Assembly (NCBI GenBank): GCA_017860255.1
Contig: JAFNAR010000007.1
Span: 153-64,152 of the forward strand
DNA: 64,000 nt
Direction: 5' to 3'
Source: Bacteroidota bacterium
GTDB lineage: Bacteria; Bacteroidota; Bacteroidia; Bacteroidales; P3
A program made the translations under genes and the position numbers. Positions 17,557 through 27,799 of the stretch are shown here, piece by piece (position 1 is the first letter of the stretch; each line of letters opens with the position of its first letter). The notes below the pieces were generated by a model that saw nothing but the letters and a program-made list of their open reading frames with translations, made no database searches and had not been told where the DNA came from.

Positions 17557-19926
17557 TTACCTTACAAAGAGGATTTTTCCAACTGCTTTTTCTTGTCCTT
17601 CGCTTGCTGAACCAAAAATCAAATAGACTCCTGAACTTACTCTTTCGCCCTTAAAGTTTTTTCCATCCCAAACGGCTTGTCCTCCTATTGACTTAAGGTG
17701 TGCTACCATATTTCCAGTTATGTCGGTTATTCTAACATCTGAATCGTAAACAAATCCTTTTATGGCAATTGTTCCATTATAGTCGGGTTTAACTGGATTG
17801 GGGTAAACATATAAGGCTCCTGCTTCTTCTTTTGGAGCTGTTGATTCGGCTTTGTAGGATATAATTCCTCTATCTGTTCCAATGTAAATTTCGCCAGTTA
17901 ATGGGTCTTGTGCCATTGTTAAAACTCTATTGGAATATAGTGGGCTGTTTTCTGCTGTGAAATGATATAGTTGTTTATCTCCATTTGGTGAGAATACAAA
18001 TATTCCATTTCTTTCAGTTCCTACCCATTTTCTGTTTCCTCCATCGCAAAGTATGGTGTTTATATTATCAAAATTAAGCAGGTATTGTGCTATTCCTTCT
18101 TCTTGATAAATTATATTATTGCATGTTACTTGTGAGATGCCATTGTCTTGTGTTGAGTATATATCGTCTAAGGAGTAAATAACTTTTATTCCTTTGTCTG
18201 TTCCAATCCAAATTTCTCCTTCCTTGTCTTGAATCATACAGTTAATTTTGTTGGACTGGTCTTTTGCTCCATTGTTTGGATCAATAATTACTTGTTGTCC
18301 ATTATTGTTTATGGCTAATATCTTATTACTGCTTGTCCATAGGAATTTGTAGAAATTGCCTGAAACTTGATCTATTAGAAGTCCTAAGGTTTCATCTTGT
18401 CCAATTAGTCCATAGGTATTGAAATTGCCCCATTCGTTTCTATAATTCAAATAGCAGAGAGCTGTACTTGAAAGTGAGTTGGCAATTAAAAGGTTGCCTG
18501 ACATATCGTATTGAGAAGATATAACTCTATATCCATAACTTTCGCTCAAAACATTATTTGTGTTGTCTTTGTTCCAAACCTTAATGATTTTATTGTCCAT
18601 TACTTCAACAACTCCATTCCAATAGGAGGCTGCCATAATATGTTTTGGATTTCTTGGGTCAACACTAATTTGAACAATATCTCTCACTGTGTTTTCATAC
18701 TCACGGAAATTGCTTAAACAATCCCAATAGTTACGGTCGAAACGATATATGTTTGCTGGCATTCCTCTTGGAGCGTGTTGAATGGTTTTTCCACCTGGTG
18801 CAACATAAATCATATTGTCGGTGGCAGTTATTGAAAACACATCATTGGATAATGGTCCATTGGGATAATTGGGCTTAGCATACATGTTTTCTTTGAAGTT
18901 CTTTAATTGCAATAGCCCTCCTTCTCTTTCTTGTGCCATTAAAAGTTCATCTCCAATTATTAATGCATCCCCTATTTCTGGAATAATTATTGTTTGTTTA
19001 TCCCAGTCATATTTAATTGGGAACCAAGCTGTGTCTATTATTCTTTCTAAATTATAGAGTGTATCGTAAACAAATAATGCTGGTGCTGTTCCCCATGTTT
19101 TTAAAAATAAATGATTATTTGATGGTTTAATCCAATAGGCAAACTGATTGGCAATTACTGTGTCAAATCCACTATCATTCTTTTCAAAGAGATTAATATT
19201 TGCATTATAATTTTCTATCCCAACATGAAGTTTGTTGTTAAATTCAAAAAGATAGAGTATTTCTTTATCGTTGGGGTTATTGAAGTTTTGATATTTACTC
19301 CATGTTTCACTTGTTGCTAAGGATGGTGAATTGTAAGGGGCATACAAAAGCCCTTGAACTGTTGCTGCATAAATGGAATCGTTTTGAATAACTACATTAT
19401 TAACATTTATCTTAGAGCTATTGTTTCCTATATAATAGGTTTCAAAAATTTCTTTTCTATTCAAATCCAAAACAACTATACCAAATCCACATGATAGATA
19501 TGCTTTTTCATCGTAGAAAGTGATATTATTAATCATCTTACTTCCTTCTATGGAACGTATCTTTATGTCTGGAATATTATAAACTTTATTGTTTTGTATT
19601 ATATCAATATTGGAGTTTTCGTAAACAACAATAATGCTTTTTGTTTTTTTATCGTAAGCAAGTTGAGTTATTCCTGCATCTGTTAATCCATCAACCTTTG
19701 AAAATCTTTCAACAGAATTATCATTTGGGTCAAAGTAAAACATTGCACTTCCTGCTGACACCAAAACTCTATCTTCTACCAATGCTAATTTTTTAGTTTG
19801 ATAATAAGACAAGTGGTCTCTCCATTGTCCAATTGGTACATTGGGAAATTGTGCTTTTAAAAAATTAGGTGCAAGTAGCAGAAAGGCTAAAACTATTGAT
19901 AAGGAAAATTTAATTCTCATGCTCAA
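17557..19926 (-). CDS. Beta-propeller protein with T9SS C-terminal domain (PorZ-like, tentative)
   Basis: 789 aa with a signal peptide. Repeated two-component-regulator-propeller-like blades (IWIGT.KGI, WVGTERNGIFVF, IYIGTDRGIISY). C-terminus YVYPNPVKPD...GVYLIFG...GKILFVR resembles a T9SS sorting domain. Size and architecture resemble P. gingivalis PorZ. Confidence 0.5.
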   Translation of the reverse strand: MSMRIKFSLSIVLAFLLLAPNFLKAQFPNVPIGQWRDHLSYYQTKKLALVEDRVLVSAGSAMFYFDPNDNSVERFSKVDGLTDAGITQLAYDKKTKSIIVVYENSNIDIIQNNKVYNIPDIKIRSIEGSKMINNITFYDEKAYLSCGFGIVVLDLNRKEIFETYYIGNNSSKINVNNVVIQNDSIYAATVQGLLYAPYNSPSLATSETWSKYQNFNNPNDKEILYLFEFNNKLHVGIENYNANINLFEKNDSGFDTVIANQFAYWIKPSNNHLFLKTWGTAPALFVYDTLYNLERIIDTAWFPIKYDWDKQTIIIPEIGDALIIGDELLMAQEREGGLLQLKNFKENMYAKPNYPNGPLSNDVFSITATDNMIYVAPGGKTIQHAPRGMPANIYRFDRNYWDCLSNFREYENTVRDIVQISVDPRNPKHIMAASYWNGVVEVMDNKIIKVWNKDNTNNVLSESYGYRVISSQYDMSGNLLIANSLSSTALCYLNYRNEWGNFNTYGLIGQDETLGLLIDQVSGNFYKFLWTSSNKILAINNNGQQVIIDPNNGAKDQSNKINCMIQDKEGEIWIGTDKGIKVIYSLDDIYSTQDNGISQVTCNNIIYQEEGIAQYLLNFDNINTILCDGGNRKWVGTERNGIFVFSPNGDKQLYHFTAENSPLYSNRVLTMAQDPLTGEIYIGTDRGIISYKAESTAPKEEAGALYVYPNPVKPDYNGTIAIKGFVYDSDVRITDITGNMVAHLKSIGGQAVWDGKNFKGERVSSGVYLIFGSASEGQEKAVGKILFVR

Positions 19927-20010
19927 AATAATTATATTAAGTAGAATTATTTAACGAATTGAGAGTTTAAATATTGTTTAATTTAGCCTAATAGTCTACT
20001 TATAGTTTTA

Positions 20011-21765
20011 TTAGAATGAAAAAGATGCTCCAATCATTCCCATAAATCTTTGTGAAGGATAGCTGTAGTATTGTTCATAGCGTTGGAATGCAAGGTTGTT
20101 AAGTTTAAGGAAGAAAGATAGTTGATTAGAGTAAATGTATTGAGCATTAAGATTAATATCTACAATTGGGTCAAGTTTCTTTTCCTCTCCCATATATATT
20201 GCTTTTACCCCTGTTTTGAAGGTTGGAGAAAAATCAATAATAAGTTTATTGGCTACTATGTATTGAAGAGAAAGAGATGTTGTAAAGGCTGGTTGATAGT
20301 AAGCAAAATCTAAATGTTTCATTTTAAAGGTTTGGCATTGCATATCAAGCATTAGAGAAAATGTTTTAGCAATATTATATTCAAAATGTCCCTTTGCGTA
20401 AAATCTAACAACATCATCATAAACTATACTGAACATATTCTTATAATAGGATAAGGTGTCATTTACATAGAAATGATGGTTATATATGTTTTGGATTCCT
20501 CCTTCAACACTTATTCCCATATCATTTATATTGGAGTTTAGTTTAGCAAAGAGATTAATTTTTGTTGTTGGTTTAATTTGTAAGAATGGGCTTATATATG
20601 GATTTTCTATTCTAAAACTGTTTAGTGCTATTCTTTCAACATTTCCTTCTATACCTCCTTGAAAATAAAGTTTCTTTGGTATAATTGGGAAGTAAACAAT
20701 GGCTGTTGGAAGTAGTCTGAAATCTGATTTTTTTCCAAACTCAGGAGAGAAATTTAATGCTGTGTGAAGTTGGAAACGACTAATCTTGAAATCAAAATAA
20801 GGTTTAATTTCAACAATGCCTGTATTGTATGTTGGGTTTCCTACAAGACCTTCTGTGTTAAAATTAAGAAGTGGGTATAATTGATTCAGGTAGTATGGTG
20901 CTGAGTAAATATTTTTAATATCGTATTTAAAGAAAGAATGTTTATAGTTGATTTTTACCCCTAAAACTTGCTCTTCTTTGTTGAAGAGTTCAAATTGTTT
21001 GTTTGCATCTCCCATAAGGAAAAATGTTAGCTCATTGCTACTACATTTGCTTGAAAGGTTTTCTACTCCAAGACTAACCCAATGATGCAAAGAATTGTCA
21101 TTTCTGTACAGGCTTGAATAGGTTGTTTTAAATCCTACATTATGCCATAAGGCTCTAAAATTTTTATCTTTCAATTTTATGGAGTCATTATTGAATCCAT
21201 AATAGTAGTTTATTGAGTTATTATAATACACTTTGGCATCAACATAGAATTTATCCCAAATCTTCTTTGCATAGAGGTTAATATCATTATTTGCAAAATG
21301 ACTTGTTGGATAGTCTTTAATTGACCAGTGTGAAGAATAATGTCTTGCTTGAATGGAGTACAGGAATGTTCTGTTTCTTGTTTCGGAGTATATTCCTTCA
21401 AAATAAGGTGTTAAATATGTTCCTATTCCTGCCTTTATGTTTCCATTATAAAGCATAGAAACAGGTTCTCCTTTAACTCTTGCTGGTTTTATTTCTTCAA
21501 TTCTTATTTGTGTTGGATATACTTTATTGATTATTTCGTATTTAAAATCTGGCACTTTAAATGTGGTGTCAAATATGCTTGGGTTTTCTGATAACTTCAT
21601 TGCTTCATTCACAATTGGGTCAAACTGTGCTGAAATAATAACACTTTCATTTAAATTGGTTCTTACTGCTCTGCTTGTTGTATCAGTTATTGCCTCTTGC
21701 CCCATTAATGAAACTCCAAATGAGGTTAGAAAAACAAATAGTCCTATTTTATTTATAGCTTTCAT
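20011..21765 (-). CDS. Outer-membrane beta-barrel protein (putative porin-like)
   Basis: 584 aa with a signal peptide, alternating aromatic/hydrophilic strands throughout and a C-terminal ...GASFSF. Lies 30 bp downstream of the TPR gene. Confidence 0.5.
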   Translation of the reverse strand: MKAINKIGLFVFLTSFGVSLMGQEAITDTTSRAVRTNLNESVIISAQFDPIVNEAMKLSENPSIFDTTFKVPDFKYEIINKVYPTQIRIEEIKPARVKGEPVSMLYNGNIKAGIGTYLTPYFEGIYSETRNRTFLYSIQARHYSSHWSIKDYPTSHFANNDINLYAKKIWDKFYVDAKVYYNNSINYYYGFNNDSIKLKDKNFRALWHNVGFKTTYSSLYRNDNSLHHWVSLGVENLSSKCSSNELTFFLMGDANKQFELFNKEEQVLGVKINYKHSFFKYDIKNIYSAPYYLNQLYPLLNFNTEGLVGNPTYNTGIVEIKPYFDFKISRFQLHTALNFSPEFGKKSDFRLLPTAIVYFPIIPKKLYFQGGIEGNVERIALNSFRIENPYISPFLQIKPTTKINLFAKLNSNINDMGISVEGGIQNIYNHHFYVNDTLSYYKNMFSIVYDDVVRFYAKGHFEYNIAKTFSLMLDMQCQTFKMKHLDFAYYQPAFTTSLSLQYIVANKLIIDFSPTFKTGVKAIYMGEEKKLDPIVDINLNAQYIYSNQLSFFLKLNNLAFQRYEQYYSYPSQRFMGMIGASFSF

Positions 21766-21795
21766 ATTTCAATATATATTAAAGTGTATTTTCAA

Positions 21796-24700
21796 TTATT
21801 GTGCTTTGTTTTCAGAAGGAGAAGGAAGTGAATTATTATTTCCTGTTGAGTTACCAATTATAACCTCATCAACCTCATCTTTCTTTGTCTCAATTTTCTT
21901 TTCTTGTTTAGCTTTCTCTGCATTTTCTGCATTAAGAATTTCCTCTATTTTCTTTTTACTTATTTCAACCAATTCTCCTTCATAGTTATCAACAATACTT
22001 TGATATGTTTGTTTTGCTAAGGTATTTTTACCCTTTTTGTAATAAACATCTCCAAGCAATACAATTGACTTTGCTAACCATAACTCACTTGTTGGGTTGG
22101 CAGAATATTTTAGGATAAGTTTTTCGGTTTCATCGTATTTCTTATTATTAAAGGCTCTTTCAAAGAATATATAATTTGCTTCTCCTGAGTATTCACCATT
22201 CTTCGATTTTTTCAATTTTTCAAATTCTTTCAAAGCAGTGGCTGTATCTCCTAATGTATAACTGCTTTTAGCAAATATCATAGTTGCTTCTTCATTTATT
22301 GAATTTGTGTTTTTGGTGTTGGTAAGCACTTTCTTTGCTGCTTCAATTGCTAATGCATAGTTTGACAAATAGAAATCTGTTCTCATTATTCCCAACTCAG
22401 CTATTGACTTATGGGAGTTTACTTCTGATTCTTTTTCCAATCGTTTATATAGTTCATTTGCCTGCTTATATTTTTCTGTTGCAAAACTTATTTCTGCTGC
22501 ATAGAGTAAGGACTTTTCAGAAAAGACTCCTTTTGGACTTGAACAGATAAACATATATGATTTTAAAGCCTCTTCCTTTTCATTGGCTTTTTTTAAACAA
22601 TCGGCCAAATAGTAATGTGCATTAACAGCGAAGTAACCAACTGGGAATTTATCTAAATAGGTTTTAAATCCTTTAACTGCTCCTTCACAATCTCCTTTCA
22701 TATACACATTTTCTGCTGCTTCGTAAGTTACAGAGTCTTCTTCATTAACTGTGAAATCAGCATTAGGAATTGTTTTAACATAATCGTAGTATTCATTAAC
22801 CTTGTTTTGGTTAACATAAATTGTTCTTATGCTTTTCATTCCTGCTTGTGATTCTTCGGTTGTTGGATATGTTTTAACCAATTTATCTAAGGTTTTTAGA
22901 GCTAAGTCATCTTTTCCTTCTTTGTAGTATAGCATTCCTATCTTGCTTATTGCTGATTTGGCATGTATGGATTGTGGATGTTCCTTAACTACCTTTTCGT
23001 AGGTTTGCATTGCTTTTTCATTTTGTTCTAAAACCAAATAGGAGTTTGCAAGTTCAAACAACATACTTGCTTTGTAGGAACTGTTTGGATAGGAGGCTAT
23101 GGCTTTTTGTAAGATTCTTGATTTTTGTTCTGGATCTCCCATTACTCCAACACTTAGGGCTTTTTGATAATTAGCATAATCAACATCTATCAAATCGGCT
23201 TTAATAACATAATCATATTCCTTCACTGCATTCTGGAAGTCTCTTTCTGTGAAATAGCAATCTCCCACTCTGTTGTGAGCATCGGAAACAAGTTTTGGGT
23301 GTTCATTCTTACTTGCATTTAGGAATAGAGTAAAATATTCTCTTGCCTTTGAATATTTCTTTTGCTTGAAGAAGTTATAGGCCATTGAATAGTTAGCTTT
23401 TGAGTAGTATATGCTTTTCTTTGCGTTTGGTGTTTTGTAGAAAGAATTTAATTCTCTAATTGAACCTTCATAGTTTCCTAATCTGTAAGAGGACTCTCCT
23501 CTAAGGAAATATGCTGCTGCTGTTAGGTTGTCATCAATTGGATTTTCCAAACTCTTATTAAACATTTCAATTGCTCCTTTATAGTTACTTTCATTGAAAA
23601 TCTCTATACCTCTGTTTAAAGCTACTCTTTGATATGCTTCATTTATTGCTTTACTCCTTTTTGGAAGTTCTTCAATAAGTTTTAATGCGTGTTGGTAGTT
23701 CTTACTGCTTGCATATAGCTGTGCAAGATATTCTTTCACTTCATTAATTTTGGTAGACTTAGGGTATTTGTCGTAATATAGTTGGAAGGATTGTATTGTT
23801 TCATTGAATGGGTTTGGAAGTTCATAGGAAAGTTTTGCAAAGTTTAGTAGTGCGTCTTCTGTGATTTTTGGGTCAAAATCTAAATTATAGGCTTCTTGAA
23901 ATGAAGAACGTGCTGATATTTTATCTCCTGTCATCAGGTAGGAATAGCCTAAATTGTAGATTGCATTTTGTGAAAGTGAGTCTTTATTGGTGGATGCTTT
24001 CAAAAGATACGGTATTGCTTCATTATGTCTTCCACTTTTGTTTAAAACATAACCCAACAAATAATTTTCCTCTGGTGTGCTTGCCTCATTGTCCTTAACT
24101 CCTTTTTCCAAATATTCAACTGCTTCATCGTAGCGTTCAAGTTTGCAATATGCTTCTCCAAGCATTCTATTTGTTTCTCCTGTTCGTTTTGAACTTGAAA
24201 GTCGGGAAAGCTCAGGTGCTTGTTTAACCAATTCTTGATAATTGCCTTGTATATAGTATATTTGTGAAATATAGTAAGGAACAATTCCTTTAAAATTATT
24301 GTCTTTCTGTAAGCTCTTAAATTCTTTTAGAGCTTGGTCGTATTTCTTTTCAGTGTAGAGAATATGGGCATTGTAGTAGGTTGAAGGTGATGAATATTTG
24401 CTTCTGGTGTCTTTCACTGCTTCAAAATTTACTTTAGCCTTTTCAAAATCTCCTAAATTGAAATAGCAATATCCTATTTTGTAATTATATTCCTGCTTTT
24501 GTTCTTTGGTTAAACTTCCAAGCTCAATTTCTTGATAAGTGTCTATTGCTTCCTTATAGTTATTTTGTTTTTGATAGAAATTGGCAAGGTTAAAATATGC
24601 TTCATTCTTTTTTGCATCATTTGGGAAAAGAGCTAAGAATTCTCTTATTTGCTTGTCTGCATCGTTGTTTTCCAAATTTGCAGCCGAAATGGCTTTGTAG

Positions 24701-24936
24701 AAATAAGCTTCTGAAAGACTTGCATCTCTATTCTGCCTATTCAAATCTATATAATTAACATAAAGTTGATATGCTGTTGCATATTTTTGCTGATTAAAAA
24801 GAGTTTTCGCATCGCTTAAAATGCGCTCTGGTTCTTTTAAAACTTCAGTCTTTTGAGCCATTAGTCCAAAAGACAGGATATTAGTTAAAAGAATTAGTGC
24901 AAAAAGTTTTCTATTCATAATTACATTATTTTTCAA
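21796..24936 (-). CDS. Very large tetratricopeptide-repeat (TPR) protein, secreted/periplasmic
   Basis: 1046 aa. Signal peptide without a lipobox Cys. More than 20 TPR-like A..YY.A......Y..A units. Lys/Glu-rich C-terminal tail. Confidence 0.7.
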   Translation of the reverse strand: MKNNVIMNRKLFALILLTNILSFGLMAQKTEVLKEPERILSDAKTLFNQQKYATAYQLYVNYIDLNRQNRDASLSEAYFYKAISAANLENNDADKQIREFLALFPNDAKKNEAYFNLANFYQKQNNYKEAIDTYQEIELGSLTKEQKQEYNYKIGYCYFNLGDFEKAKVNFEAVKDTRSKYSSPSTYYNAHILYTEKKYDQALKEFKSLQKDNNFKGIVPYYISQIYYIQGNYQELVKQAPELSRLSSSKRTGETNRMLGEAYCKLERYDEAVEYLEKGVKDNEASTPEENYLLGYVLNKSGRHNEAIPYLLKASTNKDSLSQNAIYNLGYSYLMTGDKISARSSFQEAYNLDFDPKITEDALLNFAKLSYELPNPFNETIQSFQLYYDKYPKSTKINEVKEYLAQLYASSKNYQHALKLIEELPKRSKAINEAYQRVALNRGIEIFNESNYKGAIEMFNKSLENPIDDNLTAAAYFLRGESSYRLGNYEGSIRELNSFYKTPNAKKSIYYSKANYSMAYNFFKQKKYSKAREYFTLFLNASKNEHPKLVSDAHNRVGDCYFTERDFQNAVKEYDYVIKADLIDVDYANYQKALSVGVMGDPEQKSRILQKAIASYPNSSYKASMLFELANSYLVLEQNEKAMQTYEKVVKEHPQSIHAKSAISKIGMLYYKEGKDDLALKTLDKLVKTYPTTEESQAGMKSIRTIYVNQNKVNEYYDYVKTIPNADFTVNEEDSVTYEAAENVYMKGDCEGAVKGFKTYLDKFPVGYFAVNAHYYLADCLKKANEKEEALKSYMFICSSPKGVFSEKSLLYAAEISFATEKYKQANELYKRLEKESEVNSHKSIAELGIMRTDFYLSNYALAIEAAKKVLTNTKNTNSINEEATMIFAKSSYTLGDTATALKEFEKLKKSKNGEYSGEANYIFFERAFNNKKYDETEKLILKYSANPTSELWLAKSIVLLGDVYYKKGKNTLAKQTYQSIVDNYEGELVEISKKKIEEILNAENAEKAKQEKKIETKKDEVDEVIIGNSTGNNNSLPSPSENKAQ

Positions 24937-25086
24937 GGGATAAAATTACATATTAAAAACGTAATAAAAGGTATTAAATGGTATATTTTTCAACATAAAA
25001 AAGTTAATAGTTAGAACATTTATTTATTGAATAAATCATCTTACTAACTGCATATTATATTTTTCAAAAAACATCAATCATAATTG

Positions 25087-25190
25087 AAAATATAAGGGAT
25101 ATATTTAAAAATATAAAGGACATAAATAAAAATATAAGGGACATATTTCCAATATGATGGACTTATTTTTCATTATGATTGACTTATTTG
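25087..25190. repeat. Five degenerate ~21-bp phased direct repeats (core AATATaAgGGAcaTAttT)
   Basis: Units at 25087, 25107, 25128, 25151 and 25172, read directly from the sequence. Intergenic, upstream of the TPR gene. Confidence 0.7.
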
Positions 25191-25214
25191 AGAGCTTAGG
25201 TGTTTAGGAAGATT

Positions 25215-25250
25215 AAAGGCATTAAGGTCTTTAAGGGCATTAATGTCTTT
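25215..25250. repeat. Two tandem 18-bp repeats (aaaggcattaaggtcttt / aagggcattaatgtcttt)
   Basis: 15 of 18 positions are identical. Directly abuts the 21-bp repeat region. Confidence 0.65.
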
Positions 25251-25307
25251 ATACTCCTTATTTCATTTTCTCTTTCTTTATAAAGAAAATCCCATTAAAA
25301 TAAAGCA

Positions 25308-25347
25308 CAAAAAAAGCTTATCCCAAAATTTTAGAATAAGCTTTTTA
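25308..25347 (-). terminator. Rho-independent terminator of the choice-of-anchor L gene
   Basis: Stem aagcttat / ataagctt with a 14-nt loop. There is a T-run on the minus strand (an A-run on plus at 25308-25313). Confidence 0.55.
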
Positions 25348-25394
25348 AAATACATTACTGATTAGAAGTTCATTTATTTAAGTTAATTATAGTT

Positions 25395-27677
25395 CTATTT
25401 TCCTTTCATTACTGCTACTGTGCCACTTTTAGATTGCATTTTACCATCACCATCCTTATACACTAAATACCAAACATAATTACCATCAGGAACATAACTT
25501 CCATCCTTTAATTTACCATCCCAACCTGCTTTTTCATCAGTTGAACCTGCTTTTATATTTGTATAGAATATTCTTTCTCCCAATCTATTGTAAATGCTAA
25601 ATTCATAATCAACAGGAGTTGATGAAATAGGCACAAAATAAGAATTGAAATTTCCTGCTCCAGGAGTGAAGGCACTTGGAATATAAATTCCGAAGTCTGG
25701 CTTAACAATTATTTTTCCTCTTGCAGTGTCAGGACACATTGCTTCATTATAAGCAACAAGAATAACATCATATTCTGCTTCAATATTATTTGGATAGCTA
25801 TGATAACCATTTTCTAAAGTTGAATTTGTTCCATCCCCAAAGTCCCATAATCTTGAAAAATCTTTTGCTGTTTGATCGCTAAATTGAGTTTGAGAATTGA
25901 TGAAAGTTAACTTATTTGGATTCAAAGACATTTTTGCTTCTACTGCGGGATAAGCTTGAACACTTACTTGCCCTTCTGCCTGACATCCATTTGCATCTAT
26001 TATCGTAACAGAATAAGTTGTTAAAGAAGCTGGCATTGCAACAGGATTAATGGATGTATTGTTTTGAGCTAATCTAATATCTGCAGGTGTTGAAGTCCAT
26101 ACACAAGAAGTGGCATTTGTACAAGATAAAATTATACTATCTCCTTCACAAATTTTATCCTTATCTGAAGTAACTACTGTTGTTGCAGTATTCTTTGAGA
26201 ATTGTATATACCTTGTTATTGATCTGTCGCACTCATCAGAAGCTGTTATAGATACAGTTATTGGCTCAGTTATTGTTATGTAATTAGTATCTGAAATTGG
26301 ATTTTCTCCAATTGGATTTCCATCTGGGTCTTTCCATGAATAAGTAACATTTCCAATTGGATTTGCAACATTAATGAATACCATTTCTCTTTGTGGCAAA
26401 ACATCATTACAATAAACCTTATTATCTGAGATATTAGTTACAATGAAATTTTCTGGAACAACTGCTCTAACAGTTATTGTGTCATCAACAGAACACTCTG
26501 TTCTTGCTTCTGTAATTATATACATTGTTTTTATTTGACCAGGAACATCAGTAGGACTTGAAACAAAATTAATGGTTACTTCAGCAGCAGTATCTCCAAC
26601 TGGGAAAGTTAGTGTATTTCCAAAAGGAAGATAATCTATTCCTTCAACCATATCTCCTTCAACCCTAAAAGTATAGGCATCTCCAGCTTCTGCAGGTCGA
26701 TTAAGAGTTGTTCTAACAGTTGTTGAAGAACAACTTGCTTTTAGTACAGTATCTCCATGAGTTACTCCTCCTACTTGTGCACTAAGTTGAAATTCATCAA
26801 CCTTAAATGAATTTGCTCCAAGAAAAACGGAAGAAGGCAATGCATGGTCACTTACATTACAAGTTGCCATTTCAATTCTATATTTATAACATGGTGCAAC
26901 ATCTACCCTTTTAGTTTCTAAAGCAATCGTATATCCTATCATTCTATTGCATGTTTCTGATGATTGTAGAATATGGAGATGAGTATTTGATAAAACACAT
27001 GGCTGAACTGAACCACTTGGATTACCACTATTAACTGTATTGATTGTAACTGGAAGTTCAGGATTTGAACCTGGAATAATTGCAATATTTTCGTTTATGT
27101 AAGGTGTAACTCCTCCAATATTTACAAAATTTCCATTTTCATCAAACGGTCCTGAAATAAAAAATCCAAAAGCATCATTAAATTGCGAACATACATAACT
27201 TTCATATTCATCACTTGCAAAAACATATTTAAAAGAGACTCTATCTCCCTGAGGAATAAAATCAAAACTCAAAACTCCGACATCATTCATTGCATAATTT
27301 AGACCTAATTGTTGTAATAAATAATATAGTGAAGGTGAAACATTATTACCATCACTTGCAGGATTAGTACCATAACCAGCAGGAGGTTGATTTGGTGCAG
27401 CAGCATTTAATATATCTCCCGTAACAATAACTAATCCACTATTAAGTTTAATATTTTGACCTGAAGTATCTGCATTAGTAAAAGTTCCAAATTGATTAGA
27501 ATTAACATTTAACTGCCCATTAAACCTAACATTTGAGACATCAACTCCACCCCCTAAAAAATAGTTTTCAACAACACTTTGTGCTGATTGTCCATTTTGA
27601 GAAGTACACACTACCTGTGCCCTAATCAAAAAAGGGCAAGTTATTAACAAAAGAAATAATACTTTTTTCATCATCAA
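25395..27677 (-). CDS. Choice-of-anchor L / PKD domain protein with T9SS type B (gliding motility-associated) C-terminal sorting domain
   Basis: 760 aa with a signal peptide. N-terminal block (VENYFLGGGV.VSNV.F.G...FGTF..., FASDEYESYVCSQFNDAFGFFISGP). PKD motif WDFGDGT. C-terminus IPSAFTPG...FSIYNRLGERIF...WDGK...G.YVW matches the type B sorting domain pattern. Confidence 0.8.
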   Translation of the reverse strand: MMMKKVLFLLLITCPFLIRAQVVCTSQNGQSAQSVVENYFLGGGVDVSNVRFNGQLNVNSNQFGTFTNADTSGQNIKLNSGLVIVTGDILNAAAPNQPPAGYGTNPASDGNNVSPSLYYLLQQLGLNYAMNDVGVLSFDFIPQGDRVSFKYVFASDEYESYVCSQFNDAFGFFISGPFDENGNFVNIGGVTPYINENIAIIPGSNPELPVTINTVNSGNPSGSVQPCVLSNTHLHILQSSETCNRMIGYTIALETKRVDVAPCYKYRIEMATCNVSDHALPSSVFLGANSFKVDEFQLSAQVGGVTHGDTVLKASCSSTTVRTTLNRPAEAGDAYTFRVEGDMVEGIDYLPFGNTLTFPVGDTAAEVTINFVSSPTDVPGQIKTMYIITEARTECSVDDTITVRAVVPENFIVTNISDNKVYCNDVLPQREMVFINVANPIGNVTYSWKDPDGNPIGENPISDTNYITITEPITVSITASDECDRSITRYIQFSKNTATTVVTSDKDKICEGDSIILSCTNATSCVWTSTPADIRLAQNNTSINPVAMPASLTTYSVTIIDANGCQAEGQVSVQAYPAVEAKMSLNPNKLTFINSQTQFSDQTAKDFSRLWDFGDGTNSTLENGYHSYPNNIEAEYDVILVAYNEAMCPDTARGKIIVKPDFGIYIPSAFTPGAGNFNSYFVPISSTPVDYEFSIYNRLGERIFYTNIKAGSTDEKAGWDGKLKDGSYVPDGNYVWYLVYKDGDGKMQSKSGTVAVMKGK

Positions 27678-27765
27678 TAAATTTTGTCATACTATTAATC
27701 AATGCACAAAGGTAATAAAAATTTTATCTTTGTAGAGATATAACACTCAAAATTCAAAAAATGTT

Positions 27766-27773
27766 TACTTTTG
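27766..27773 (+). promoter_or_regulatory. Bacteroidota-type -7 box for gldE-like/gldD
   Basis: tacttttg matches TAnnTTTG, 27 nt upstream of the TTG at 27800. A second match, tatctttg, lies at 27725-27732. Confidence 0.4.
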
Positions 27774-27799
27774 CCATATAAAATTATTAATTTTTTGGT

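Noticed and set aside
21796-24936. TPR protein as the T9SS lipoprotein PorW/SprE
   Set aside because: PorW/SprE are lipoproteins, whereas this signal peptide has no Cys/lipobox. TPR content alone is not diagnostic.
25087-25250. Possible CRISPR array
   Set aside because: The repeats are directly adjacent with no spacers, are degenerate and only ~21 bp long, and no cas genes are present in the window.
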